From contig CADBYT010000011.1 of NCBI GenBank assembly GCA_902798975.1, positions 628 to 64,627 on the forward strand: a DNA stretch of 64,000 nt, in the 5' to 3' direction. The notes under the pieces are model-generated. The model was given only the letters and a program-made list of their open reading frames with translations. It was not told the origin of the DNA and did no database searches. The translations under genes were made by a program, and so were the position numbers. Position 1 is the stretch's first letter; every line of letters begins with the position of its first letter. This DNA is from an uncultured Bacteroidia bacterium (lineage in GTDB: Bacteria; Bacteroidota; Bacteroidia; Bacteroidales; UBA932). Of the stretch, positions 39,637 to 49,903 are shown in pieces.

Positions 39637-42090
39637 ATGAGAAAAAGAATCGCATTTGTTACGGCCGCGCTGCTCGCCTTCTGTTTCGTGGCGGGCGCCC
39701 AGGGCCGTAAACCCGGCCCGGCGCCGGAGGCCCCCAAGGACAACGACAAGAAGGAAGAAGCCGTCGAACTGACCATGACCCCCGGCCTGTTCGGCGTGGC
39801 GCAGCACGAGAACGACTGGTATTTCGAAGTGCCCGACTCGCTGCTCGGCCGCCGCATGCTCGCCGTGACCCGCTTCGTGAGCAATACCGTCGATGCCGGC
39901 GAGTACGGCGGCGAGGAGGTCAACGAGCAGATGATCTACTGGGAGAAAGCCGCCAACGGCAACCTGCTGCTCCGCACTCACGTGCTCAGCATCCAGGCCG
40001 CCGAGGACCAGGAAATCAGCAAAGCCGTGAAGGTGAGCTCCGAGAATCCCATCGTGGCCTCCTTCAAGCCGGAAAAGAACAGCCCGGAAGGCGCCACGCG
40101 CGTCAAGGTGAACAGCCTCTTCGAGGGCGACATCCAGGTCTTCTCGCTGACGCCGGGCGACAAGCGCGGCTACAACCTCGGCGGCGTCAAGGGCGACGCC
40201 TCCTTCATCGAAAGCATCCGCACCTATCCGATCAACACGGAGGTCACGGTGACCAAGACCTTCAATTATAACGCGCCCGCGGGCGGTCCCGGCGGCGGCG
40301 CGCAACAGCAACAGGCCCGCAATCTCCCCGCAGGCCGCCAGGCAGGTACGGTCACCGTCGTGCTGAACACCTCCATTCTCCTGCTGCCGGAGACCCCGAT
40401 GCAGCAGCGCTGGTTCGACCCGCGCGTGGGCTATTTCGCCGGCGGCTACAGCGAATTCTCCGACGACCAGCAGGGCGTCAAGAACATCCGCTTCATTGCC
40501 CGCTGGCGTCTCGAAGCCCGTCCCGGGGACGTGGAGAAGCAGAAGCGCGGCGAGCTCGTGGAGCCGGTCAAGCCCATCGTGTACTACATCGACCCGGCCA
40601 CGCCGAAACAGTGGCGCAAGTACCTCATCGCGGGCGTGAACGACTGGCAGGTGGCCTTCGAGCAGGCCGGCTGGAAGAACGCCATCCACGCCGAGGAATG
40701 GCCGGAGAATGCCGAGGAGCTGGGCATGAGCCTGGAGGACGCCCGTTTCTCCGTGATCCGCTACCTCGCGTCTCCGATCGCGAACGCCTACGGTCCCAAC
40801 GTGCACGACCCCCGTTCCGGGGAAATCCTGGAGAGCCACATCGGCTGGTACCACAACGTGATGACCCTCGTCCACGACTGGTACCAGGTCCAGGCCGGTG
40901 CCGTGGACCCGCGCGCCCGCAAGATCAAATTCGACGAAGAGCTGATGGGCGACCTGATCCGTTTCGTCTCCTCACACGAGGTGGGCCACACCCTCGGCCT
41001 GCGCCATAACATGGGCTCCAGCTCCCAGACGCCCGTCGAGAAACTGCGCGACAAGGCCTGGGTGGAGGAGCATGGTCACACCGTGTCCATCATGGACTAT
41101 GCCCGCTTCAACTACGTCGCCCAGCCGGAAGACAACATCGGCAAGGCCGGCCTCTATCCGCGTATCAACGACTACGACAAGTGGGCCATCGAATTCGGCT
41201 ACAAGCCGACCTACTTGCAGACCGCCAAGGAGGACCACCTCTACTGGAACAAGGTCATCATCGAGCGCCTGGCGGCGAATCCGCGCCTGTGGTTCGGCGG
41301 CGAAGGCCGTGACAACGATCCGCGCGCGCTGACCGAGGACCTCGGCGACGACGCCGTGGCGGCCAGCACCTACGGCATCATGAACCTCAAGCGCATTCTC
41401 CCGCAGATTCCGGAATGGAACAAGGAGGAAGCCGACATGTACGACAACGTGTCCCGCATGTACGACGCCGTCGTGAGCCAGTTCAACCGCTACCTGGGCC
41501 ACGTCTCCGCCAACATCGGCGGCCGCTTCATCACCAACCACAGCATCGAGCAGCCCGACGTCGTGAAGTACGCCCCCGTGCCCAGGCAGCGCCAGAAAGC
41601 GGCCCTGAAATGGCTCGACGAGAACATCTTCCACGAACCGTCCTGGCTGCTGGGCGTGCCCTACATCTGGGAAATCACCGACCGTCCGGATACTTACTGG
41701 TCCCGCCTGATCGGCGGCGTGGTCAGTTCCGGTAACCTGCTCAGCGTCGCGAAAATCGGCCGCCTGGCCCAGTTCGCGGACTCCGACCCCGCCAATTACA
41801 AGCCCGAGGAGTACCTCGACGATCTCGAGGGAATGATTTTCTCCGAGCTCGCCAAGGGCGGCAAGGTCGATGCCTACCGCCGCTTCCTGCAGCGCCACTA
41901 CATCACGGTAGCCCTGGAGGTTGCCGCTACCGCCCCGGCCCGCAATACGGACGTGCGCGCCCTGCTGCTCGCCCAGCTGGACGGCATACGCAAGCGTGCG
42001 GCCAAGGCCAAATCTTCCGACGCGCTGACCCAGGCCCACTGGCAGACCCTCGCCCGGCAGATCGAAACGGGACTCAAGGACCTGAAATAG
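39637..42090 (+). CDS. Zinc-dependent metalloprotease (DUF5117/DUF4953 met-zincin type)
   Basis: Signal peptide; DPRVGYF, KPIVYYIDPATP, DPRSGEI, HEVGHTLGLRHN, SIMDY. Confidence 0.9.
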   Translation: MRKRIAFVTAALLAFCFVAGAQGRKPGPAPEAPKDNDKKEEAVELTMTPGLFGVAQHENDWYFEVPDSLLGRRMLAVTRFVSNTVDAGEYGGEEVNEQMIYWEKAANGNLLLRTHVLSIQAAEDQEISKAVKVSSENPIVASFKPEKNSPEGATRVKVNSLFEGDIQVFSLTPGDKRGYNLGGVKGDASFIESIRTYPINTEVTVTKTFNYNAPAGGPGGGAQQQQARNLPAGRQAGTVTVVLNTSILLLPETPMQQRWFDPRVGYFAGGYSEFSDDQQGVKNIRFIARWRLEARPGDVEKQKRGELVEPVKPIVYYIDPATPKQWRKYLIAGVNDWQVAFEQAGWKNAIHAEEWPENAEELGMSLEDARFSVIRYLASPIANAYGPNVHDPRSGEILESHIGWYHNVMTLVHDWYQVQAGAVDPRARKIKFDEELMGDLIRFVSSHEVGHTLGLRHNMGSSSQTPVEKLRDKAWVEEHGHTVSIMDYARFNYVAQPEDNIGKAGLYPRINDYDKWAIEFGYKPTYLQTAKEDHLYWNKVIIERLAANPRLWFGGEGRDNDPRALTEDLGDDAVAASTYGIMNLKRILPQIPEWNKEEADMYDNVSRMYDAVVSQFNRYLGHVSANIGGRFITNHSIEQPDVVKYAPVPRQRQKAALKWLDENIFHEPSWLLGVPYIWEITDRPDTYWSRLIGGVVSSGNLLSVAKIGRLAQFADSDPANYKPEEYLDDLEGMIFSELAKGGKVDAYRRFLQRHYITVALEVAATAPARNTDVRALLLAQLDGIRKRAAKAKSSDALTQAHWQTLARQIETGLKDLK

Positions 42091-42099
42091 AAACCCGTC

Positions 42100-43278
42100 G
42101 TGAGAAGATTGGCAATCGTGTTGCTGGCGCTTATGGCGCTGGCCGCGGGATCGTTCCCGGCAGGCGCACAGACGTTCGGGCAGCGCCTGGGCGACTTGTG
42201 GCAGCGTCTCTGCGGTCCGAACCCGAGCCTGGATTCCACCCGCATCTTCCAGCCCTTCAAAGGTTGGGGTGCGGGTGTGGTCTACAGCATGACCGGCGAA
42301 CAGGTCCGCATCAACACCGATGGCGATTTCACCTCCGGCGAACACGGGGGCCATGTCCTCTCCACAATCAATCTCTACCTCCTGAACGATGTCGGACACT
42401 CCGTCGGCGTCTATGGCCGCTATGGCCCCATCCAGCTGGGTTTCAACCGCCATATCGGCCGCCAGGAAGGCTATCACCGGTCTTTCAACTTCAAATGGCT
42501 GGGCAACTTCTTCTGCCTGGACGCCCGGTACATCTCTTATCAGTCGTTGCTGGGCGGAGACATTTCCATGCGCGCCGTGGGCTATCCGAATACCTCGCTC
42601 ACCGGATACCGGTCCTCCATTGAAGTGGACCGACGCTCCATCGCCACCATTTCCACGGCCGTGGTCAACGGCATCTACGCCTTCAACCGCAAGCGTTTCG
42701 CCTACCGCGCCGCCTACAACGGCCGCGTGGTCCAGCGCCGCAGCGCCGGCTCGTTCCTCGTCGCCGCGAAATACATGTATGGCAATTTCCAGCTGGACGC
42801 TTCGGACATGGTTCTGGTCTCCCTGGTCAACGGACTGGCCCGCTTCGAGACCAGCCAGTTCTCGCTGGGAGCGGGCTATTCCTTCAACTGGGTGCCGTAC
42901 CACCGCGACGCCGTCAGCCAGCACGATCTGCGCGGACTGCGCAACCTGACCTTCAACCTGACGGCCGTTCCGATGCTGACCCTGTTCAACGCCATCACCT
43001 CGCACCAGTACGCGTTCAGGAGCGAGACCTTCGACTATGTGATGGACGATGCGCAGAAGTATCGGTCCTTCAGCCGCATCCAGCCGAATTTCACCACCCG
43101 CGCCGCCGTCTGCTACAACACCGGCCGCTTCTACGTCAACCTTTGGGCCGACTACACCCGTTTCGTCTTCCAGAACCGGAACCGCACGTTCCCCGTTTCC
43201 ACCGGCGAAATGGATCTGGCTCAGCGCGGGGATTTCTCCTCCTGGATGGTCAACTTGCAGTTAAATTACAGATTTTAA
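42100..43278 (+). CDS. Outer-membrane beta-barrel protein (DUF4421-like)
   Basis: Signal peptide; YAFNRKRFAYRAAY, QRRSAGS, GAGYSFNW, C-terminal LNYRF. Confidence 0.7.
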   Translation: MRRLAIVLLALMALAAGSFPAGAQTFGQRLGDLWQRLCGPNPSLDSTRIFQPFKGWGAGVVYSMTGEQVRINTDGDFTSGEHGGHVLSTINLYLLNDVGHSVGVYGRYGPIQLGFNRHIGRQEGYHRSFNFKWLGNFFCLDARYISYQSLLGGDISMRAVGYPNTSLTGYRSSIEVDRRSIATISTAVVNGIYAFNRKRFAYRAAYNGRVVQRRSAGSFLVAAKYMYGNFQLDASDMVLVSLVNGLARFETSQFSLGAGYSFNWVPYHRDAVSQHDLRGLRNLTFNLTAVPMLTLFNAITSHQYAFRSETFDYVMDDAQKYRSFSRIQPNFTTRAAVCYNTGRFYVNLWADYTRFVFQNRNRTFPVSTGEMDLAQRGDFSSWMVNLQLNYRF

Positions 43279-43303
43279 AATTATTGCTATCTTTGCAGCA
43301 CAG

Positions 43304-43816
43304 ATGAGACGCAATACTACAAAATGGCTGGGAGCCCTGATAGTGCTGGTCGTCCTCGCGGCGGGCTGTGGCGCGTTGCGCCAGAGCGCCGCTGAGCGCA
43401 AGGCCGAAGAGTCCCGCGTCGCGGCGCTCGTCCAGCAGAAGCTGGACGCCCGCAAGTACACGATCAAGGTCGATTTTATGAACCCCACCCGCGGTGCAAG
43501 CCGCAACGTCGGCGGGGAAGGCTACTCGCTGACCGTCGACGGCGACAAGGTCAACTCGCACCTGCCCTATGCGGGCGTCTCCACCTCCGTCCCTTACGGT
43601 GGCGGCAAGGTGCTTACGTTCGTGGACGATATCGATGAATACAAGGAGCTGCAGGCCAAATCCGATCGCCGCGTCTTCGTGTTCACGACCGACAACGACG
43701 AGGATGTCGTCACCTTCGAGGTGACCGTTTTCGACAATGGCCAGGCGGATATTTCGGTCCGCAGTCAGAACCGGGAACAGATTTCGTTCCGCGGCCAGCT
43801 CGAGACAGAGGAATAA
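43304..43816 (+). CDS. DUF4251-like lipoprotein
   Basis: Lipobox LAAGC; SHLPYAG, VPYGGG, VFDNGQA, ISFRG. Confidence 0.7.
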   Translation: MRRNTTKWLGALIVLVVLAAGCGALRQSAAERKAEESRVAALVQQKLDARKYTIKVDFMNPTRGASRNVGGEGYSLTVDGDKVNSHLPYAGVSTSVPYGGGKVLTFVDDIDEYKELQAKSDRRVFVFTTDNDEDVVTFEVTVFDNGQADISVRSQNREQISFRGQLETEE

Positions 43817-43819
43817 TCC

Positions 43820-44662
43820 TTATTCAGCGGATTTGCTCGACACGATGGCTGTCATGCCGGGCATGAGGTGCGGATGCGGCTTGAGCGCCGCTTCCAGATG
43901 CACCATGCCGTTCTTCTCCACCACGGGGCTGATGGCCGACACCCTGGCCTCGTGCACCTCGGCCGGGTAGGCGATGGAAATCACCTGGATGTCCGTCCCC
44001 GGCTGGAACTTGTGGAGTTCGTTTTCCAGCACGTCGAAACATACTTTCAGATGCTCGGTGTCCACGATGTAGAACAGGGGCACGCCGGGCGTGGCTGCGC
44101 TGTACAGCGTCGTCTCCACGCGGCTCACGGCACCCGTGAGGGGGGCGGTGATGGTGCAGTAGGTGAGCTCGTGCTCCAGCTGCTGCAGGGAGGCTTTCGC
44201 GGTGTTGTAGCCGCTGTTGATACGGGCCTGCCGCTTGATTTCCTCGGGAGCCTGCTCCAGCTCGTTGCGCTTGTAGCCCTGTCCCATCAGGATGGCCTGG
44301 TATTGGAATTCGGCCCGTTCCAGCTCCGCGCGGTTGCTGGCGATCCTGTCGTTCAGCGCGTCCGGGCTCAGCCGGACCACCACCTGGCCCTTGCGTACGC
44401 GCTGTCCCAGTTCGATGTCAAAGCTCACGATCTGCTCGTTGATCCGGCTGTACACCGGCACTTCGGTGACCGCCTGGATGGTTCCCTTGCTGGAGAATCC
44501 TTCCGCTTCGATGGTGCGCTGGAGGTTGGCCCCCTGCGCCTGGGGCGCGGCGGATTGCTCCGGAGCGGTGTCGGACGGGCCTTCCTGAACGGAAGCCGAC
44601 GGGCGGGATTGGCAGGCCGAAAAGACGGCGAGCAGGCAGATGAGAAGCGGAAGCCTATTCAT
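43820..44662 (-). CDS. Efflux periplasmic adaptor (RND-type MFP), lipoprotein
   Basis: Lipobox FSAC; GQRVRKGQ, coiled-coil segment, TITAPLTGAV, LMPGMT. Confidence 0.85.
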   Translation of the reverse strand: MNRLPLLICLLAVFSACQSRPSASVQEGPSDTAPEQSAAPQAQGANLQRTIEAEGFSSKGTIQAVTEVPVYSRINEQIVSFDIELGQRVRKGQVVVRLSPDALNDRIASNRAELERAEFQYQAILMGQGYKRNELEQAPEEIKRQARINSGYNTAKASLQQLEHELTYCTITAPLTGAVSRVETTLYSAATPGVPLFYIVDTEHLKVCFDVLENELHKFQPGTDIQVISIAYPAEVHEARVSAISPVVEKNGMVHLEAALKPHPHLMPGMTAIVSSKSAE

Positions 44663-46070
44663 ACTGGGTGAGGGTTAGCAGGTGGTAGTAGGTGGTCCAG
44701 TACCCGGCCAGGGCCGAGAGGTGCTGGTTGTAGGCGTTGTCCCGCCGGTTCTGGGCGAGGGAGTAGGTATTGATGTCGCAGAGGCCGTTGGCGTAGTTCT
44801 CGGCCGTGAGTTCGAATACCTCGTCGGCCAGGGCCACCGCCTCGGCGGTGTGGGCGAGCATCTGCTCGTGGGAGCGGAGATTGTCCATCGTCGTCCGCAC
44901 ATCTTCTTCTAGCGCGCGTTCCGCTTCCCGGAGGGCCTGTTCTTCGCGGGCGACCCAGGCGGCCGCGGCGGCATTTCCGCGTTTGGCGGCGCCGTGGTCC
45001 ATCAGCGGAATCCGCAGGGACACGGATCCCAGCATGAAGAACTGCGGGTGCTGGTAGGCGCCCAGGAAGGTGTTGCTGAGCTGCTGCATGCCCATGCTCA
45101 GGTCCACGCCCAGTTTCACGCCCTGCTCCCGGCGGGTCTTTTGCTGCTGCTGGAGCGCTTCGCTGAGTTCCGTCTGTTTCTGCAGGACGGCCGGGTTGTG
45201 GGTGCGGGCCATGTCGAGGGCGTCTTCTTCGGAAAGATAGACCATCCTGGTGTGCTCGGGAACCGGGAGCCGTCCGTCCAGGTAGTGATCGTCGGTGCGG
45301 AGGTAGGACGCCAGGGATTCCCGGGCCAGCTGCTCCTCGTTGCGGGCGTTCAGGAGCGCATTGGCGGCATTGAGCCGCTGCAGCTCCAGGGAGCGGAGTT
45401 CGGCCAGGGAGACCATGGCGATGCTCGCCTTCTCCTTGGCGATGGCGTACAGCGTGTCGGCCGTCTGCTTGTTGCGCAGGCACATGTCCAGCGTGCCCTG
45501 GGCGCAGGCCAGGCGGAAATAGCGGGCCGTGGCCTCTTCCGCGATGCGGCGCAGGCCGTAGTCGAGCTGCTTGCGCGCCGCTTCCAGCCGCTGGCTTTCG
45601 ACCGTCTTCTCCCAACGGTGGGGATTGTAACCCAGCAGGGGCTGCTGGTATCCGACGGCAAAGGGCAGCGCGACGATGTCCCGCGGCCGGTCGGCAGCGT
45701 CGCGGCCGAAATATTCGCTCCAGATGGCCTGGCTCTCCACATAGGCGTCACCGCCCCAGTTCAGGACCTTCTGGCTCAGCTTAAGCTGCGCGGCGGCGGA
45801 GAAACGGTCGTAGTTGCGCAGGTACACGTAGTTGCGCGTCGGATCGCTGATCAGGCGCTGGTAGTTGGGCGTGACGGTGAGCTCCAGCTGCGGCTTGCGG
45901 AGCGCCTCGAACTGGGCGTAGCGCTGCAGGTGGTATTCGAACTGGTAGCGGCTCTGGAAGGCCGTGAGGGTACTGTCCTGGGCCAGGCGGATCACCTCTT
46001 CCAGGCTCTGAGCCGGGCAGAGGAACGGAGCGCTCACAAGGAGGAGGATGCCGAAAAACCACTTTCTCAT
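44655..46070 (-). CDS. TolC-family outer-membrane channel
   Basis: Start re-assigned to MRKWFFGILL (ATGA overlap with the ABC gene); SLEEVIRLA, YQQPLLGYNP, SLRIPLMDHG, AENYANG. Confidence 0.88.
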   Translation of the reverse strand: MRKWFFGILLLVSAPFLCPAQSLEEVIRLAQDSTLTAFQSRYQFEYHLQRYAQFEALRKPQLELTVTPNYQRLISDPTRNYVYLRNYDRFSAAAQLKLSQKVLNWGGDAYVESQAIWSEYFGRDAADRPRDIVALPFAVGYQQPLLGYNPHRWEKTVESQRLEAARKQLDYGLRRIAEEATARYFRLACAQGTLDMCLRNKQTADTLYAIAKEKASIAMVSLAELRSLELQRLNAANALLNARNEEQLARESLASYLRTDDHYLDGRLPVPEHTRMVYLSEEDALDMARTHNPAVLQKQTELSEALQQQQKTRREQGVKLGVDLSMGMQQLSNTFLGAYQHPQFFMLGSVSLRIPLMDHGAAKRGNAAAAAWVAREEQALREAERALEEDVRTTMDNLRSHEQMLAHTAEAVALADEVFELTAENYANGLCDINTYSLAQNRRDNAYNQHLSALAGYWTTYYHLLTLTQYE

Positions 46071-48172
46071 ACCGTCTGCCGTTTGATGATGTCGGTGAAG
46101 AATCCGCCCTTGGCCAGCAGCTCCTCGTAGTTGCCGTCCTCGGCCACCTTGCCGTCCGCGAGGACGATGATGCGGTTGCACTGGCGTATGGTGCTCATAC
46201 GGTGCGCAATGGTGATGCGGGTGCACTTCATCTTGGCCAGGTTCTCCGTGATGATGTGCTGGCTGATGTTGTCCAGGGCCGAGGTGGCTTCGTCCAGGAA
46301 GACAATCTTGGGCTTGCGGATCAGGGCGCGGGCGATGAGGATGCGCTGGCGCTGGCCGCCGGACACGCCCTGGCCGTCGGCCGAGATGCGGGTGTCCAGC
46401 CCCAGCGGCATGCCCTGGAGATCCTTTTCCAGGGCTGCATTCCGGGCGGCTTCCCAGACGTCGTTGTCGTCGTGGCCGTCGTTGCCGAAGAGGATGTTGT
46501 CCCGGATGGTCCCTTCGATCAACTGCCCGTCCTGCAGGCAGATGCTCATGCAGTAACGGCGCAGGCTGGGCTTGTTGATATCGGACAGGTTGTGCTCGTC
46601 GTAGAAGATGGAGCCGTTCTCGGGTGTCTCGAATCCCAGCATCAGGCGCACCAGGGTGGACTTGCCGCAACCCGAAGGGCCCACCAGCGCCACATAGTCC
46701 CCGGCGCCGATGTGCAGGTTCAGGTTGTTGAAGAGGTAGGGCATTTCCTCGTCGTACCGGAACTTCAAGCCGCGGATGTCGATGTTGCCGCTCACGTCCT
46801 TGAGGAACACGGAGCCGTTCTCCGATTCCGATTCGGCTTCCAGGAGGGGGCTGCACAGCCGGATTTCCGGCGCCAGCTGCGCCAGGACCTTGGTGATGCG
46901 CTGGAACTGCTGGATGGCCTCGGTGGCAATCGCGAGCACGCTGCAATAGGCGATGTAGTCCGACAGGCCCAGTCCGTAGTGCCAGGCGGCCAGCATGGTC
47001 ACGATCAGCGGCACCATACGGAAATTGTAGCTGATGGAGTTGCTGTAGTTGAACAGCGCCGGATAGCGGCTGCCGTCGGGGTCGGACGGTTCGTAGGCTT
47101 CCGCCCAATGCCGGAAGGCCCGGATCTCGGCCCCGTTGGTGCGGATCTTCTGGCCGCCGGTCGTCAGGTTGTACAGCAGACCGGTCAGCTTGGAGGCGTA
47201 CCCGTTGGCCTGGTCCTGCACCTTCTTGCGGCAGGAGTACTGGACATAGATGGTGAGCATGTACAGCGCCATCACCAGGATGCCCGTCCAGAGCAGCGGT
47301 CCGCCGTAGGTAAAGAACTGGATGAACATCACTGCCGTGAACAGCAGGGTGAGGATGGTGGACAGCATGTCCTCCGTGAGCTGGGTGGAGAAGCGCACCA
47401 CCGCGAGAGCGCGGTTGGAAAGCTCTCCGGGGGAAAACTTTTTGAAGAATCCGGTGGGCAGCGACAGCAGGCGCGTCATGAGCGAAGACTGCATGGCGTA
47501 CTCGGTCTTGTCTTTCATTCTGACCACCAGGAAATTGCGGGACATCTGGACCATGACTAACCCGGCCGCCGCGCTGAACAGGAGCACGGCGATGGGAGTA
47601 ATCTGGGAGGCGTCGCCCGACGGGATGACCTCGTTGAAGAGCAGCTTGCACGCGTACGGCGTGAACATCGTGAGCAGCACCACGCCCAGGCAGGCCAGCA
47701 GGGCATAGATGCCGTCGTAAACGCTCAACTGGCGCAGGGAATGCGCCAGAAAGGAGCGGATGGTGAGCTTTTCCTTGGGCAGCGGGTAGCATAGGGTGAA
47801 GGCCTCCGGCTTGAGGAGGTCCATGTGCGTGCGGGCGTTGCAGCGATGCCCCGTCCGGGGATGGATAAAGGTATAGTCGGCGAAGCCGGGAGTGAGAATG
47901 ACCGGCGTGTCGTCATCGGCAGAGAAAGCCAGCAGCTTGCCCGTGCAGCGCGTCCACCATTTGCCTTCCAACTTGACCTGCCGGAAAAAGATCTGGTGCC
48001 GGTAGAACAGTTCTTCCAGCTGGTCGATGCTCTCCGGGATTTCCCGTTTCAGGGTGAGTTTCCTCCACACCCGGCGGTCGATCATGCCCCGGAAGAGCTC
48101 GGCCGCCTGGTTCATTGCCTTGCGGTCGCCTTCAATACGCTGGACCAATTGTTCGAAGAAGAGATTGTTCAT
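46067..48172 (-). CDS. NHLM-bacteriocin-type ABC transporter, second subunit (degenerate peptidase-like N-domain)
   Basis: RQVKLEGKWWTRCTGKLLAF, RLLSLPTGFFKKFSPGEL, GPSGCGKST, VSGGQRQR, LDEATSALD. Confidence 0.88.
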   Translation of the reverse strand: MNNLFFEQLVQRIEGDRKAMNQAAELFRGMIDRRVWRKLTLKREIPESIDQLEELFYRHQIFFRQVKLEGKWWTRCTGKLLAFSADDDTPVILTPGFADYTFIHPRTGHRCNARTHMDLLKPEAFTLCYPLPKEKLTIRSFLAHSLRQLSVYDGIYALLACLGVVLLTMFTPYACKLLFNEVIPSGDASQITPIAVLLFSAAAGLVMVQMSRNFLVVRMKDKTEYAMQSSLMTRLLSLPTGFFKKFSPGELSNRALAVVRFSTQLTEDMLSTILTLLFTAVMFIQFFTYGGPLLWTGILVMALYMLTIYVQYSCRKKVQDQANGYASKLTGLLYNLTTGGQKIRTNGAEIRAFRHWAEAYEPSDPDGSRYPALFNYSNSISYNFRMVPLIVTMLAAWHYGLGLSDYIAYCSVLAIATEAIQQFQRITKVLAQLAPEIRLCSPLLEAESESENGSVFLKDVSGNIDIRGLKFRYDEEMPYLFNNLNLHIGAGDYVALVGPSGCGKSTLVRLMLGFETPENGSIFYDEHNLSDINKPSLRRYCMSICLQDGQLIEGTIRDNILFGNDGHDDNDVWEAARNAALEKDLQGMPLGLDTRISADGQGVSGGQRQRILIARALIRKPKIVFLDEATSALDNISQHIITENLAKMKCTRITIAHRMSTIRQCNRIIVLADGKVAEDGNYEELLAKGGFFTDIIKRQTV

Positions 48173-48175
48173 GGG

Positions 48176-49903
48176 TCAAGCGTATTTCATGAGTTCGTGG
48201 TAGAGGCCTTCCTGCTGCATCAATTCCTCGTGGGTGCCTTGCTGCAGGATCTGCCCCTTCTCCATCACAAAGATGCAGTCGCAGTCGCGGATGGTGCTCA
48301 GTCGATGGGCGATGAGCACCATGGAGATGCCCAGGTTGCTGATGTGCCGCATCACCAGTTCTTCGGTCTTGGGGTCCAGGGCGGAGGTTCCTTCGTCCAT
48401 GATGAGGATGGAGGGATCCTTCGCCAGGGCGGTGGCGATTTCGATGCGCTGGCGCTGCCCGCCGCTGAAGTTCTTGCCGTTCTCGGTCAGCACGGACTGG
48501 TAGGCGCCGGGGCGTTCGGCGATCTCGTCGTGGATCTGGGCGTCGTGGGCGGCCATCACCATGGAGAAATCCTCGATGGACTCGTCCCACATCTTGATGT
48601 TGTCCGCGATGGTGCCTTCGAAGAGGGTGATGTCCTGGTTGACGACCGACAGGGAGTTGATCCTGACGGCGCGGTTCACCTGCTGCACGGGAATGCCGTC
48701 CAGCAGCACTTCTCCCTCCCAGGGCTCATAGAGCCCGGAAATGAGTTTGGCGATGGTGCTCTTGCCGCAGCCGGAGAAGCCCACGAAGGCGACACGCTCT
48801 CCCGCCTTGATCTTCAGGGAGAGATTCTGGATGACCGGGGGCAGGTTGCGGTCATAGCCGAAGGTCACGTTCCGCAGCTCGATGTCTCCCCGCAGCTTGG
48901 CATGTTCCGGAAGCTCTTCCAGGCTGGACAGCTCCAGGCTGTGCCCCTGGCAGGCGTCTTCCACCTCTTCCAGGCGCTCCATGGCGGCCTGGCTGCGGTA
49001 GACGCTCTGGGTGGACTTGACCGCCGAGTTGATGGGGTAGATAATGCTGGCGGCCAGGGCCTGCGAGGCCAGCAGCATACCCGGCGTCAGTTCTCCCTGC
49101 AGGATATACCAGGCGCCCAGGATCAGGATGAGGGCGTTGCTCAGCTGCAGGACCAGCAAGGGAATGGAGCCAGTTCCCATCATGCTCATGGTGGAGCGGA
49201 CCCGCACGTTGAGGGCCTGGACGAAGGATTCTTCCCACCTGCCGTAGAAGGCGCGTTCGCCGCCCATGGACTTGATGGTCTCCATGTTCTTCATGCCCGT
49301 CATCGTCACGCTCTGCAGGCGGGCGTCGGTGACTTCCGTTCCCTTGGCCTTTTTCTTCATGCTCTCAGCCGTGACGCGCATCACGATGACGAGGATGGAC
49401 ATGGACAGCAGCACCACCAGCCCGAGTTTCCAGCTGTACATCATCAGCAGCGCGGCACTGATGATGGATTGCACGATGAAGATGAGGCCGATGGAGAACT
49501 GGTCCATCGTGCGCGTGATGCTGGTGATGCTGGAGTAGCGGGCCACCAGCTCGCCGGACGTGAAACGGTCCAGCGTCAGCATGGGCAGCTCCAGGATGCT
49601 CAGGACAAAGCGGGACGAGCTGAGGAGTCCCATCTTGGTAAAATGCCTTCTGCGAAGGAGGTTCATGGACATCCACACGCCCAGTTCCAGCAGGAACAGC
49701 AGGATGTAGCAGGCCATCAGGGGCCCGAACCATTCCGGATTCTTCCGGGTGATGATGTTGTCGGTGTAGATCTGTTGGAAGAAGGGAGCCAGCAGGTAGG
49801 CGACGATGTCCACAAAATACAGCAGGAACGTGACCCAGTAGAAGGCCATGCATCCCCGCATGAAATGACGGATGAGCGCCGCTGTGGACTTGTTCTTACT
49901 CAT
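48176..49903 (-). CDS. NHLM-bacteriocin-type ABC transporter, first subunit, lacking the C39 peptidase domain
   Basis: Begins directly with the TMD; GMKNMETIKSMG, GFSGCGKSTIAKLISGLYEPW, FSGGQRQRIEIA. Confidence 0.88.
   Translation of the reverse strand: MSKNKSTAALIRHFMRGCMAFYWVTFLLYFVDIVAYLLAPFFQQIYTDNIITRKNPEWFGPLMACYILLFLLELGVWMSMNLLRRRHFTKMGLLSSSRFVLSILELPMLTLDRFTSGELVARYSSITSITRTMDQFSIGLIFIVQSIISAALLMMYSWKLGLVVLLSMSILVIVMRVTAESMKKKAKGTEVTDARLQSVTMTGMKNMETIKSMGGERAFYGRWEESFVQALNVRVRSTMSMMGTGSIPLLVLQLSNALILILGAWYILQGELTPGMLLASQALAASIIYPINSAVKSTQSVYRSQAAMERLEEVEDACQGHSLELSSLEELPEHAKLRGDIELRNVTFGYDRNLPPVIQNLSLKIKAGERVAFVGFSGCGKSTIAKLISGLYEPWEGEVLLDGIPVQQVNRAVRINSLSVVNQDITLFEGTIADNIKMWDESIEDFSMVMAAHDAQIHDEIAERPGAYQSVLTENGKNFSGGQRQRIEIATALAKDPSILIMDEGTSALDPKTEELVMRHISNLGISMVLIAHRLSTIRDCDCIFVMEKGQILQQGTHEELMQQEGLYHELMKYA

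Noticed and set aside
44655-47792. 1045-aa ORF suggesting a giant TolC fusion
   Set aside because: The first ~570 aa are an alternative frame of the ABC2 gene; the real TolC begins at 46070 with a signal peptide and an ATGA overlap.
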